A DNA stretch of 64,000 bases, taken from NCBI GenBank assembly GCA_963666835.2, contig CAXXGO010000003.1, forward strand, positions 640,001 through 704,000, read 5' to 3'. This DNA is from Phycisphaerae bacterium. GTDB lineage: Bacteria > Planctomycetota > Phycisphaerae > UBA1845. The translations under genes and the position numbers were made by a program. Below the pieces are notes generated by a model. It worked only from the letters and a program-made list of their open reading frames with translations. It made no database searches and was not told where the DNA came from. Below are positions 38,238-47,052 of the stretch, in pieces. Every line of letters starts with the position of its first letter. Positions within the stretch are counted from its first letter, which is position 1.

Positions 38238-40631
38238 ATGATCAGGATACTCGTTATCGCGCTGGGCGTCACCCTGGGCGCGGCGGGAGCGCAATCAATC
38301 GGAGCCGAATCCGTCACGGTTTACGAGGACAGTCTCAGTCCCGGTTGGCAGAATTGGTCTTGGGATACGACCGTTGACTTTGACAATGAGACTCCCGTTT
38401 ACGGCACCGCAGGCCGATCGGTGGCGGTGGAGTTGAATACCGCGTGGGCGGGTCTTTACCTCCACACGGACGCCACGCTTAACGCCTCCGAATACGAGAC
38501 GTTGAGTTTCGCAATCTACCACTCAACCGGCGGCGTTGATCTGATACGCGTGGTTGCGTATGACGCAGCCTATGCGGAGGGCGTACCGGTCGAACTTGGC
38601 CCGGTACCCTCCGGTTCGTGGGCGGAAGTGGAGATTCCGGTTGCCTCGTTTGGACTCTCGACGATTAGCGGGCTTGTCTGGCAGGACGTGACCGGGGCGC
38701 CTCAGCCGGTGTTTTACCTCGATGACGTCACGCTCGTCGCGGGCGAATCTCCGCCACCGGGCGACGGGCCCGGCCTGACTGTCGACGGCCATGAGTATCT
38801 CGGCGCGATCAGCCCGCTGATCTACGGGATGAACTCGGCGGCTGAAGACCTCGCAACCGATTTGGACCTGCCGGTTCGCCGACTCGGGGGCAACCACACT
38901 ACGCGGTACAATTGGCTCACCGATACGTCGAACAGAGGCAGCGACTGGTTCTTCGAGAACATCCCGTATGACAATGCCGACCCCGGCGCGCTGCCCGACG
39001 GATCCCACGCGGATCGATTCGTCGAGCAGGATCGCACTACCGGCACCGCCACCATCATCACCCTCCCACTCATCGGGTGGACCCCGAAAGCGCGGGCCAT
39101 CGACTGCGGATTCAGCGTTGCGCTTTACGGTGCGCAGAACGAAGTCGACCCGTACCGTCCCGACTGCGGCAACGGTATCTACCCAGACGACACGCCGGTT
39201 GTCGGCAACGATCCGCTGGACACGAGCAATCCCATTGACCCCACGTTCGTTGAAGATTGGATCGCCCATCTGGTCAGCCGCTACGGAACAGCCGCTGCAG
39301 GCGGTGTACAGTTCTACAATCTCGACAACGAGCCGATGCTCTGGAACAGCACCCACCGCGACGTGCACCCTCAAGCGGTCAGCTACGACGAACTGCGCGA
39401 CCGCACGCTTCAGTACGCCGCAGCCGTCAAGGCCGCCGACCCTACGGCCGCAACGCTGGGTCCGGTGGCATGGGGCTGGTCAGCCTACTTTTATTCCGCG
39501 GCCGACGTCGACGCGGGAGGCGCGTGGTGGGAGACCCGACCCGACCGCATGGCGCACGGCGATGTGCCATTCACTGATTGGTACCTACAGCAGATGGCCG
39601 CCCACGAGCAGACCACCGGAGACCGCCTGTTGGATTACCTCGACCTGCATTTCTACCCACAAGCTTCCGGGGTGGCGCTCGGACCTGCGGGGGACGCCGC
39701 CACGAGGGCCCGGCGTCTTCGTTCGACGCGAGCGCTTTGGGATCCGACGTACGTGGATGAAAGTTGGATCGCCGATTCGGTTTGGCTCTTGCCCCGGATG
39801 CGTGAGTGGGTGGATACCCACTATCCGGGAACGAAGTTGGCGATCACCGAGTACAACTGGGGCGGCCTGGAGCACATCAACGGCGCGTTGACTCAGGCCG
39901 ACGTCCTCGGGATCTTCGGACGCGAGGGGCTCGACCTGGCGACCCTGTGGAGCCCCCCCGCCTATTCGGAGCCCGGAGCCTTCGCCTTCCGAATGTACCG
40001 CAATTACGATGGCAGCGGGTCAAAATTCGGTGAAACGGCGCTCGGCGCGGCCAGCGCGGATCAGGATCAGGTCTCGATCTACGCCGCCCTGTCCTCGGAC
40101 AACGGTATGACCATCATACTGATCAACAAAGCTACAGAGGACCTCACCAGTGCTTTGAGCATAAACAACTTCGCTCCTGCGGGGCTCGCAGCCCGTTACA
40201 GCTACAGCGGCGCCGATCTGAGCCGGATTATCCGCGAAGAGGACCTTAGCATCACGAGCGGCGGTCAGGAAATCGAACTCCCGGCATCCTCGATCACGCT
40301 TCTCGTGGTGCCGCAGCTCGTTGACGGCGGTGACTTCGACGGGGACGGGGACGTCGACCTGACAGACTTCAGCCAGTTCCAGTCCTGTTTCACCGGACCG
40401 GACGGCGGTCCCATCGAGTCCGAGTGCATACCCGGTGACCTCGACGGAGATGATGACGTCGATTGTGACGATTGGGTTCAGTTTGTGGCGGTGTGGTCCG
40501 GACCCAGCGAACCCCCGTCATTGGCCCAGTGCGGATTGGGCGTGCCTACTGCCTCCGAGTGGGGTGTCGTGCTGCTGACGCTGCTCACGCTTACCGCGGG
40601 GACTATGGTATTCCATCGGAATCAAACTTGA
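38238..40631 (+). CDS. Glycoside hydrolase family 44 with N-terminal CBM-like domain, dockerin-like module and IPTL-CTERM-like anchor
   Basis: ISPLIYG, RRLGGNHTTRYNW, YNLDNEP (acid/base), LDLHFYPQ, LAITEYNWG (nucleophile), ADVLGIFGREG; VPTASEWGVVLLTLLTLTAG. Confidence 0.88.
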   Translation: MIRILVIALGVTLGAAGAQSIGAESVTVYEDSLSPGWQNWSWDTTVDFDNETPVYGTAGRSVAVELNTAWAGLYLHTDATLNASEYETLSFAIYHSTGGVDLIRVVAYDAAYAEGVPVELGPVPSGSWAEVEIPVASFGLSTISGLVWQDVTGAPQPVFYLDDVTLVAGESPPPGDGPGLTVDGHEYLGAISPLIYGMNSAAEDLATDLDLPVRRLGGNHTTRYNWLTDTSNRGSDWFFENIPYDNADPGALPDGSHADRFVEQDRTTGTATIITLPLIGWTPKARAIDCGFSVALYGAQNEVDPYRPDCGNGIYPDDTPVVGNDPLDTSNPIDPTFVEDWIAHLVSRYGTAAAGGVQFYNLDNEPMLWNSTHRDVHPQAVSYDELRDRTLQYAAAVKAADPTAATLGPVAWGWSAYFYSAADVDAGGAWWETRPDRMAHGDVPFTDWYLQQMAAHEQTTGDRLLDYLDLHFYPQASGVALGPAGDAATRARRLRSTRALWDPTYVDESWIADSVWLLPRMREWVDTHYPGTKLAITEYNWGGLEHINGALTQADVLGIFGREGLDLATLWSPPAYSEPGAFAFRMYRNYDGSGSKFGETALGAASADQDQVSIYAALSSDNGMTIILINKATEDLTSALSINNFAPAGLAARYSYSGADLSRIIREEDLSITSGGQEIELPASSITLLVVPQLVDGGDFDGDGDVDLTDFSQFQSCFTGPDGGPIESECIPGDLDGDDDVDCDDWVQFVAVWSGPSEPPSLAQCGLGVPTASEWGVVLLTLLTLTAGTMVFHRNQT

Positions 40632-41020
40632 CCAAGAAGCACACTCGCAAGACATGTTCGCGAAACCACACGCGGACGGACCGGTCAACTTACAACGCGT
40701 CGACCGGGGCTCTGCCCCTCACATTGGTCCACCTGTTGGACAATCCGTCGGCAGCGGATCCAGGTAGGACCGTCATGAACCGGACGCACATCGCACCGGA
40801 AGGTACCGTCAACGACTATCGCACGGTCGCCTAAGCGTCAACTCCGCTTGGACCCCTCGGGACGGATCCAGCGGGCAACGTACTTGTTGACATCCTTCGA
40901 AAAAACTCAATATTGCACGCTGGGGTCGACGGCGGGGGGGCGACAGTGGATGAGCCTCTTGTTATGGCCTAAGTGGTCGTCGCAGCAATGATGTTCATCA
41001 TCGGCGTCAGGGGTTGATCG

Positions 41021-41785
41021 ATGGTGGTTGACACGATAACTCAGGAAGCCCACATTACCGTGCGAAACCTGACGATGGCGTATGGGGACTTCGTGATTCA
41101 GCGCGGTTTGAGTTTCAGCGTGGACCGCGGTGACGTGTTTATCATCATGGGCGGAAGTGGCTGCGGGAAGAGCACGCTGATGCGGCACCTCATCGGCCTG
41201 AAGTCCCCGGCCAAGGGAGAGGTCAGGTATGGCGACATGGACTTCTGGGCCGCCGATCTCGATGACCGGCAACGCATGATGCGAAACTTCGGCGTGCTCT
41301 ACCAAAGCGGAGCCCTGTGGAGTTCCATGACCCTGATCGAGAACGTCGGACTCCCGTTGGGCGAGTACACGGCCTTGAGTCCGAGCGATGTTCGGGAAGT
41401 GGCCTCCGTGAAACTCGCCCTGGTCGGTCTCGCGGGTTTTGAGGACTTCTATCCCTCGCAAATCAGCGGGGGCATGCGGAAGCGGGCCGGCCTTGCCCGG
41501 GCGATGGCATTAGACCCGGACATTCTCTTTCTTGACGAACCGTCCGCCGGGCTCGACCCGATCAGCGCCCGGCTGCTCGACGACCTGATTCTTGAACTCC
41601 GCGACAGCCTCGGGGCCACCGTGGTAGTAGTAACGCACGAACTCGCCAGCATATTCGCAATCGGCAACAACTCCGTCTTCCTCGATCCCGACGCCCGCAC
41701 CATGATTGCGGCCGGGAACCCGAGAACCTTGCGTGACGAATCCGAAGATCCGCGAGTCCGCCGTTTTCTCACCCGCGGCGAATAG
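41021..41785 (+). CDS. ABC ATP-binding protein, MlaF/Mkl-like
   Basis: GGSGCGKST, GVLYQSGALWSSMT, ISGGMRKRAGLARAMALDP, DEPSAGLDP. Confidence 0.9.
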   Translation: MVVDTITQEAHITVRNLTMAYGDFVIQRGLSFSVDRGDVFIIMGGSGCGKSTLMRHLIGLKSPAKGEVRYGDMDFWAADLDDRQRMMRNFGVLYQSGALWSSMTLIENVGLPLGEYTALSPSDVREVASVKLALVGLAGFEDFYPSQISGGMRKRAGLARAMALDPDILFLDEPSAGLDPISARLLDDLILELRDSLGATVVVVTHELASIFAIGNNSVFLDPDARTMIAAGNPRTLRDESEDPRVRRFLTRGE

Positions 41786-41800
41786 GGTCTGACGCCCGGA

Positions 41801-43198
41801 CTACAATACGAAGTCCTGACCGGGCGTGGTAAGCTCGACCCCGGTGAAGCCCGTCTCCGCAAGTTTCTCAGCCAGCCCCTCGCGCTGCGAAGTCTCTCCG
41901 TGGACCAGGAATATCTTGGGCGCGTCCTTCTTAAGCGGTTCGAGCAGCCGGAGAAGGTCCTTCTGGTCGGCGTGGGCGCTGAAGCCGTGGATCTGCACCA
42001 CCTCGGCGCGCACCTCATACGTCCTATGGAACAGGGTGATTTCCTTGACCCCGTCCGCCAGCCTTCGTCCGAGAGTATGAGCCGCCTGATATCCGGCGAT
42101 TAGAATCGTGTTCTTCGGATCCTCTACGTTGTTCTTGATGTGGTGACGAATCCGGCCGGCCTCGCACATCCCGCTAGCCGAGAGAATCGCGCACGGCTCC
42201 TTCTTGCGGTGGAGAGCCTTGCTGTCCTCCACATCGCGGACAAATGTGCAGCAACTCGGCCCCAGAAGATCGCCGGTCATCCTCTGCAACTGCCGAGCGT
42301 CAGCATCGTAGCACTCCGGGTGCATCAGAAAGACCTCCGTAGCGTTCACTGCCAAGGGGCTGTCAACATAAACCGGATGACGCGGGATCCGCCCCGCCTC
42401 TATTTCCTCCTGGAGGTAATAGGCAATCGTCTGGGTCCGCCCGACGGAGAACGCCGGGATGATCACCTTCCCGCCCCGATCGTAAGTCCGTTGCACCACG
42501 CGGATCAGCTCTTCTCGGGCCTCCTCCGCCGACTCGTTGAGCCGGCTGCCGTAGGTGCTCTCGCAGATAATCGTCTTACACGGCGGAAACGGCTGCGGAT
42601 CACGAATGATCGGTTTGTCCGGACGCCCTACGTCCCCGGTAAAGAAGACGGACGGGGTCTGTCCGTTTCGTTTCGCGAAATCCAACCGCACACCTGCCGA
42701 CCCGAGCATGTGCCCGGCATCCTGCAGGCACCCCAGCATACCCGGCACAACCTGGAACATCCGACCGTACGAGACCCCCTGCATTTGCGAAACTGCCGCA
42801 ACGGCATCGGTGTGATCGTAGAGCGGCTCCACTGCCTCAAGCCCCTGGCGGCGGCGCTTCTTGTTGACGTAGTACACGTCTTCCTGCTGAATGAAAGCGG
42901 AATCCGGCAACATGATCGCGCACAAATCACGCGTGGCCGGGGTGCAGTAAATCGGACCGGTAAAACCGTCACGTACCAGCCTCGGCAACCGCCCCGAATG
43001 ATCAATGTGTGCGTGCGAGAGGATCACGGCGGATATCTCCGACGGATCCACCGGCCACTCCCGGTTCTTTGCTTCGGTCTCACTGCGGCGACCGTGATAA
43101 AGACCGCAGTCCAGTGCAACCCATCGACCGTCCGCCCGAACCATGTGCATCGATCCGGTTACCTCTTCCGCCGCTCCGTGAAACAGCAATTCCGCCAT
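41801..43198 (-). CDS. MBL-fold beta-CASP ribonuclease
   Basis: GAAEEVTGS, LSHAHIDHSG, AGHMLGS, FTGD, ESTYG, PAFSVGRTQ, FSAHAD, LVHGE. Confidence 0.93.
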   Translation of the reverse strand: MAELLFHGAAEEVTGSMHMVRADGRWVALDCGLYHGRRSETEAKNREWPVDPSEISAVILSHAHIDHSGRLPRLVRDGFTGPIYCTPATRDLCAIMLPDSAFIQQEDVYYVNKKRRRQGLEAVEPLYDHTDAVAAVSQMQGVSYGRMFQVVPGMLGCLQDAGHMLGSAGVRLDFAKRNGQTPSVFFTGDVGRPDKPIIRDPQPFPPCKTIICESTYGSRLNESAEEAREELIRVVQRTYDRGGKVIIPAFSVGRTQTIAYYLQEEIEAGRIPRHPVYVDSPLAVNATEVFLMHPECYDADARQLQRMTGDLLGPSCCTFVRDVEDSKALHRKKEPCAILSASGMCEAGRIRHHIKNNVEDPKNTILIAGYQAAHTLGRRLADGVKEITLFHRTYEVRAEVVQIHGFSAHADQKDLLRLLEPLKKDAPKIFLVHGETSQREGLAEKLAETGFTGVELTTPGQDFVL

Positions 43199-43375
43199 AA
43201 TGCCGCTCTCCTTCTGACTCGGCAGCCTCTCTCAACCACCGGCCACTATACCAACACGCGGCCGGCACGCGAACCGCGGCAACATCCGCGGGCCCACCAA
43301 ACGCCGGACAGGTCGGACCGCTCGGGCGATTCACCGCAACCACCGCCGCATCCGATCGTGGTTTGACATCACTCC

Positions 43376-43544
43376 TGAACCGACCCATGTCCAGCTACGG
43401 TGCCATTGCTGGACCTGCGAAAGAACCTATGCTACGTTGAGCCAAGGTTCTGGGGGGTGCCACTGCTCTTGACCAGTGCCGGGATGAAGCACGATGCAGA
43501 TTGAACCGGAACCTCCACGGGCGACAAAGCCCTGGTCGGCTTCA
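43376..43544 (+). ncRNA. ssrS: Probable 6S RNA
   Basis: ~170 nt intergenic; ends pair (tgaaccgacc / ggtcggcttca); 6S-like motifs in the expected order: ATGTCC, TTGAGCCAA, TTGAACC, CGACA. Confidence 0.6.
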
Positions 43545-43570
43545 CGGTCTTCTCGGGCTGAACGGAGAGT

Positions 43571-44548
43571 ATGATGGAGTCTCCCAGAGAACGCTCATCT
43601 GCAACAGACGAGCCCACGCGAATCGCGATTAGTGGATCATCGGGGCTTGTCGGGAGAGCGGCTTCTGCCGTTCTTGGCGAGCGTGAATATCAGATTGACC
43701 GGATCGTGCGCACGACCACCGACCCACGCAGCGGGCGGATCTTCTGGGATCCGGCTCGCGAAGTCGTTGACCGCGAAGCCCTCGAAGGAGTCGACGCGGT
43801 CGTACACCTGGCCGGCGAGAACATCGCCAAAGGACGGTGGACCCCCGCCCGCAAGGAGGCAATCCGCAGCAGTCGCGTCCGCGGAACGGGTCTTCTCTGC
43901 AGGACGCTCGGCGAGCTCCGTACGCCGCCGCGGGTAATCGTAGTGGCATCGGCAGTCGGCTACTACGGCGACCGCGGTAACGAGCTGGTGACGGAAGACA
44001 GCCCGCCGGGCAGTGGGTTCCTGGCCCAGGTCTGCCGGGAATGGGAAGACGCCGCGCAGCCTGCGCGCGACGCCGGAATCAGAGTTGTCCATCTGCGGAT
44101 CGGCGTAGTGCTGTCATCCAACGGGGGTGTGTTGGCGAGAATGCTGCCAGTGTTCAAACTGGGATTGGGCGGGCGATTGGGGAACGGTCGCCAATACATG
44201 AGCTGGATAGCTCTACCCGACTTGGTCGAAGTCATCCATCACGTTCTGGCTTCGGACAACCTCAACGGTCCGATCAACGCCGTTTCGCCGAACCCCGTAA
44301 CGAATAAGGAGTTCACGGCGACGCTCGGACGTATCCTGCGGCGCCCCACGGTGCTTGCGGTCCCGGCTTCGATTCTACGGATGGGCTTGGGACAGATGGG
44401 CGACGACTTACTGCTTGCCGGCACCCGCGCGGACCCGACACGGCTTGGCGAAGCGGGCTTCCGTTTCGAGTATCCACTGCTCGCCGACGCTCTTCGCCAC
44501 GAATTGGGTCTCGGAGTCTCCGCCTGCACGGGCAGTGCCAGAGCGTAG
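43571..44548 (+). CDS. TIGR01777-family NAD-dependent epimerase/oxidoreductase
   Basis: ISGSSGLVG, VVHLAGENI, ASAVGYYGD, FLAQVCREWE, LGGRLGNGRQYMSWI. Confidence 0.92.
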   Translation: MMESPRERSSATDEPTRIAISGSSGLVGRAASAVLGEREYQIDRIVRTTTDPRSGRIFWDPAREVVDREALEGVDAVVHLAGENIAKGRWTPARKEAIRSSRVRGTGLLCRTLGELRTPPRVIVVASAVGYYGDRGNELVTEDSPPGSGFLAQVCREWEDAAQPARDAGIRVVHLRIGVVLSSNGGVLARMLPVFKLGLGGRLGNGRQYMSWIALPDLVEVIHHVLASDNLNGPINAVSPNPVTNKEFTATLGRILRRPTVLAVPASILRMGLGQMGDDLLLAGTRADPTRLGEAGFRFEYPLLADALRHELGLGVSACTGSARA

Positions 44549-44771
44549 GCACATCAGTCGCAACGATCCCACCTTCAGTTGCGGTCCGTACGCGCAGGCC
44601 GATGGTCCGAGAACCGCGCCGGTGCCCTGCCCGTTAAACGTCTGCACCGCTGAGATACGCACGGTCCCAGAACCTCGATTGCCCTCGGCGTCAGCACGAT
44701 TCACTATTATGGGATCCTGGTCCAGGCTCCGGCGTGTCTCCGACATATTTCGAGTTGCGGCCAATCCCGTT

Positions 44772-44798
44772 TCAGTCTGCGGCAACGCCCACCGATAC
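44772..44798 (+). promoter_or_regulatory. Possible sigma28 (FliA) promoter of cheX-cheY
   Basis: TCAG-N15-ACCGATAC versus consensus TAAA-N15-GCCGATAA. Confidence 0.35.
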
Positions 44799-44889
44799 AA
44801 ACCTGGAGACAACTCCAGACCGCTAATCGTGCACCGGCAGGTAGGGGCCGGCTCGCGACCGAAAGGCACTGTCAAGGGGAGGTTGGTTA

Positions 44890-45399
44890 ATGGACGTCCG
44901 CTACGTCAACCCATTTATTAAGTCGATCTGCAACACTCTCGAGATGATGTGCAGCCAAAAGACTACGGTTGGACGACCGGCGCTGAAGACCCCAGAGTGC
45001 ATGTCCGGTAGTGACGTGTCGAGCATCATCGGGTTCTCGGGCGACGCGGCCGGCAGCGTAGTCCTCCACTTTTCTTTCGACACGGCATCGAAGCTTGCGT
45101 CGTCATTCGCAGGTATCGATATCACACCTGACCACGCGGACTTTGCCGATGCTCTCGGCGAACTCGCCAACATGGTAGCAGGGGGAGCAAAGGCTCAGTT
45201 CGAAGGCCTGGACGTCTCGATCTCCCTCCCCAACGTCGTCGTTGGTAAGAACCACAACGTTTCAGCATCCAAGACGAGCCCCCGGATCATAATCCCTTGC
45301 AGTTGCGAATCGGGGAATTTCGAAGTCGAAGTGGGCATGGAAATCAAAAAGCCGACAGGCGTTGCCGCTGCCGGCGCAGCCTCAGGAGCAAACGCGTGA
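44890..45399 (+). CDS. cheX: Chemotaxis phosphatase CheX
   Basis: MDVRYVNPFI, DVSSIIGFSG, DALGELANMVAGGAK, ISLPNVVVG. Confidence 0.9.
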   Translation: MDVRYVNPFIKSICNTLEMMCSQKTTVGRPALKTPECMSGSDVSSIIGFSGDAAGSVVLHFSFDTASKLASSFAGIDITPDHADFADALGELANMVAGGAKAQFEGLDVSISLPNVVVGKNHNVSASKTSPRIIIPCSCESGNFEVEVGMEIKKPTGVAAAGAASGANA

Positions 45400-45770
45400 A
45401 AATCCTACTCGTCGACGACTCGCGTACCATCCGCAATATTCAGAAGAACGTCCTCAAGCAGCTCGGCCACACAGACATCCTGGAAGCCGAAGATGGAGTC
45501 AAGGCGCTGGAAATCTGGGGCCAACAAACCCCTGACCTCGCCCTAGTCGATTGGAACATGCCGAACATGGACGGCATCACCTTCGTCCGCAAGATCCGCG
45601 AACAGAACACAACCGTTCCACTGATTATGTGCACCACCGAGGCAGAAAAGACCCGGGTAATCGAGGCCATCAAAGCCGGAGTGAACAACTACATTGTGAA
45701 GCCGTTCACCGTGGAATCGCTCGGCGAGAAGATCTCAGAGACCATGGCGAAGGCCGGCGCCCCCGCGTAG
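45396..45770 (+). CDS. cheY: CheY-like response regulator
   Basis: GTG start overlaps the cheX stop; ILLVDDS, DWNMPNMDG, MCTTE, YIVKPF. Confidence 0.88.
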   Translation: MKILLVDDSRTIRNIQKNVLKQLGHTDILEAEDGVKALEIWGQQTPDLALVDWNMPNMDGITFVRKIREQNTTVPLIMCTTEAEKTRVIEAIKAGVNNYIVKPFTVESLGEKISETMAKAGAPA

Positions 45771-45794
45771 CGGATAGTCGAACCGAACCGCCCG

Positions 45795-46151
45795 TCAGCC
45801 CCCTTTCGAAACAAGCGAGGCCGATGCGTCCACGGCAAGCCCGGTGGCCGCGTCGACCACCGTCGGGGTCTCATGCAGCCGCTCCTTCATCACCCGTCCG
45901 ACTTTAAACTTGACTGTGCGCTTTGAGGGCACTTGGACTTTCTTCATGGTCTTGGGGTTCTGCGCTTGTCGCGCTGCCCGTACCTTGCTCTCGAACACAC
46001 CGAAGTCCCGAAATTCCAGGCGATTGCCTTCGCCCAGCTCCTCGACGATAGAGTCAAGGAACGCTTGGATGATCCGTTTAACGAGGACCCGCTTACAGCC
46101 TTCGCGCTCCGAGATCCGATCGATAAGTTCCTTCTTGGTGACTGTCGCCAT
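45795..46151 (-). CDS. HU/IHF-family DNA-binding protein
   Basis: TKKELI, LEFRDFGVF, AQNPKT, VKFKVG. Confidence 0.93.
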   Translation of the reverse strand: MATVTKKELIDRISEREGCKRVLVKRIIQAFLDSIVEELGEGNRLEFRDFGVFESKVRAARQAQNPKTMKKVQVPSKRTVKFKVGRVMKERLHETPTVVDAATGLAVDASASLVSKGG

Positions 46152-46406
46152 GTCGCTATCCCAATGCGCCCACTACGAGAGGATGACGGCGATACTCTGC
46201 GTCAATCCCCGCCGCTAGTAAAGGAGAACCTCCACCGAATCGCTCATAGAAACAAGCGGACTACTGACAATGTCCGATTACCCAAGTGTTCGCAAGTCAT
46301 ACTACTGAAACAGGTTCCCGCGATCAAGGCCCCGGGGCGCAGGTTCTGACGGGCCTGTCCAACACAATGTGACGAGACGAAACCGCGGCGTCTTGCGCGC
46401 AGAAAG

Positions 46407-46718
46407 TCAGCGCGTGATGCGGCCGGTACGTACCCCGTCGAACCTGCGATAATAGAAGTCTCGCTGCCTGGGAAACCAACCCTGGCGATCGATGATTGTC
46501 TCGCGAAACTCGATTACCTCGCCCAGCGATGTCGCGGCCGTCGTCGAGGGCCAATCGGAACGCTGGACGTCGAATGTGGGTGCGTGTGTCCAATTCGCGC
46601 TGAACAGAAGGTCGGTGGCGGGCGGGCGGTTCTGCGTCATTCGGCGATCTGGCGCGGAGCATCCGCCCAAGACTACGCAGACCAGTAGACAACAAGTGAT
46701 TAACGTCGCACGTCCCAT
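46407..46718 (-). CDS. Hypothetical lipoprotein
   Basis: Hydrophobic leader with lipobox LGGC; purine-rich RBS-like sequence upstream. Confidence 0.6.
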   Translation of the reverse strand: MGRATLITCCLLVCVVLGGCSAPDRRMTQNRPPATDLLFSANWTHAPTFDVQRSDWPSTTAATSLGEVIEFRETIIDRQGWFPRQRDFYYRRFDGVRTGRITR

Positions 46719-47052
46719 ATTGACCCCTCTCCGGGGGCGAATGCGCCAAAGCCCCTTATAGCCGGCAGACCACTATCCGTGCCGTCCTCGCGCGCTGCGG
46801 CGTATGTCCGAAATTACCCGTTACGTGGAGCGAATCACCCAAAAACGTGTCCGGCTGAAACGTCTCCGTCAAGCAGGCGGAATTTGCCGGTTCTAACGGT
46901 TCGTAGCCTCGGAAGGCCCAAACCCGTCGGAGGAACAACATTCAACCCGACGGGCGAGACACTCGAATTGCGATGGACGGCAACCAGGCATAGCATGCGC
47001 CCCGTCAAACGGCGTCTCTATCGGCGGCAGGCTAGAAACGGAGAGCTCTCGG

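Noticed and set aside
43376..43544. RNase P RNA on the minus strand (begins gaagccgaccag)
   Set aside because: No GAGGAAAGTCC core and the region is too short.
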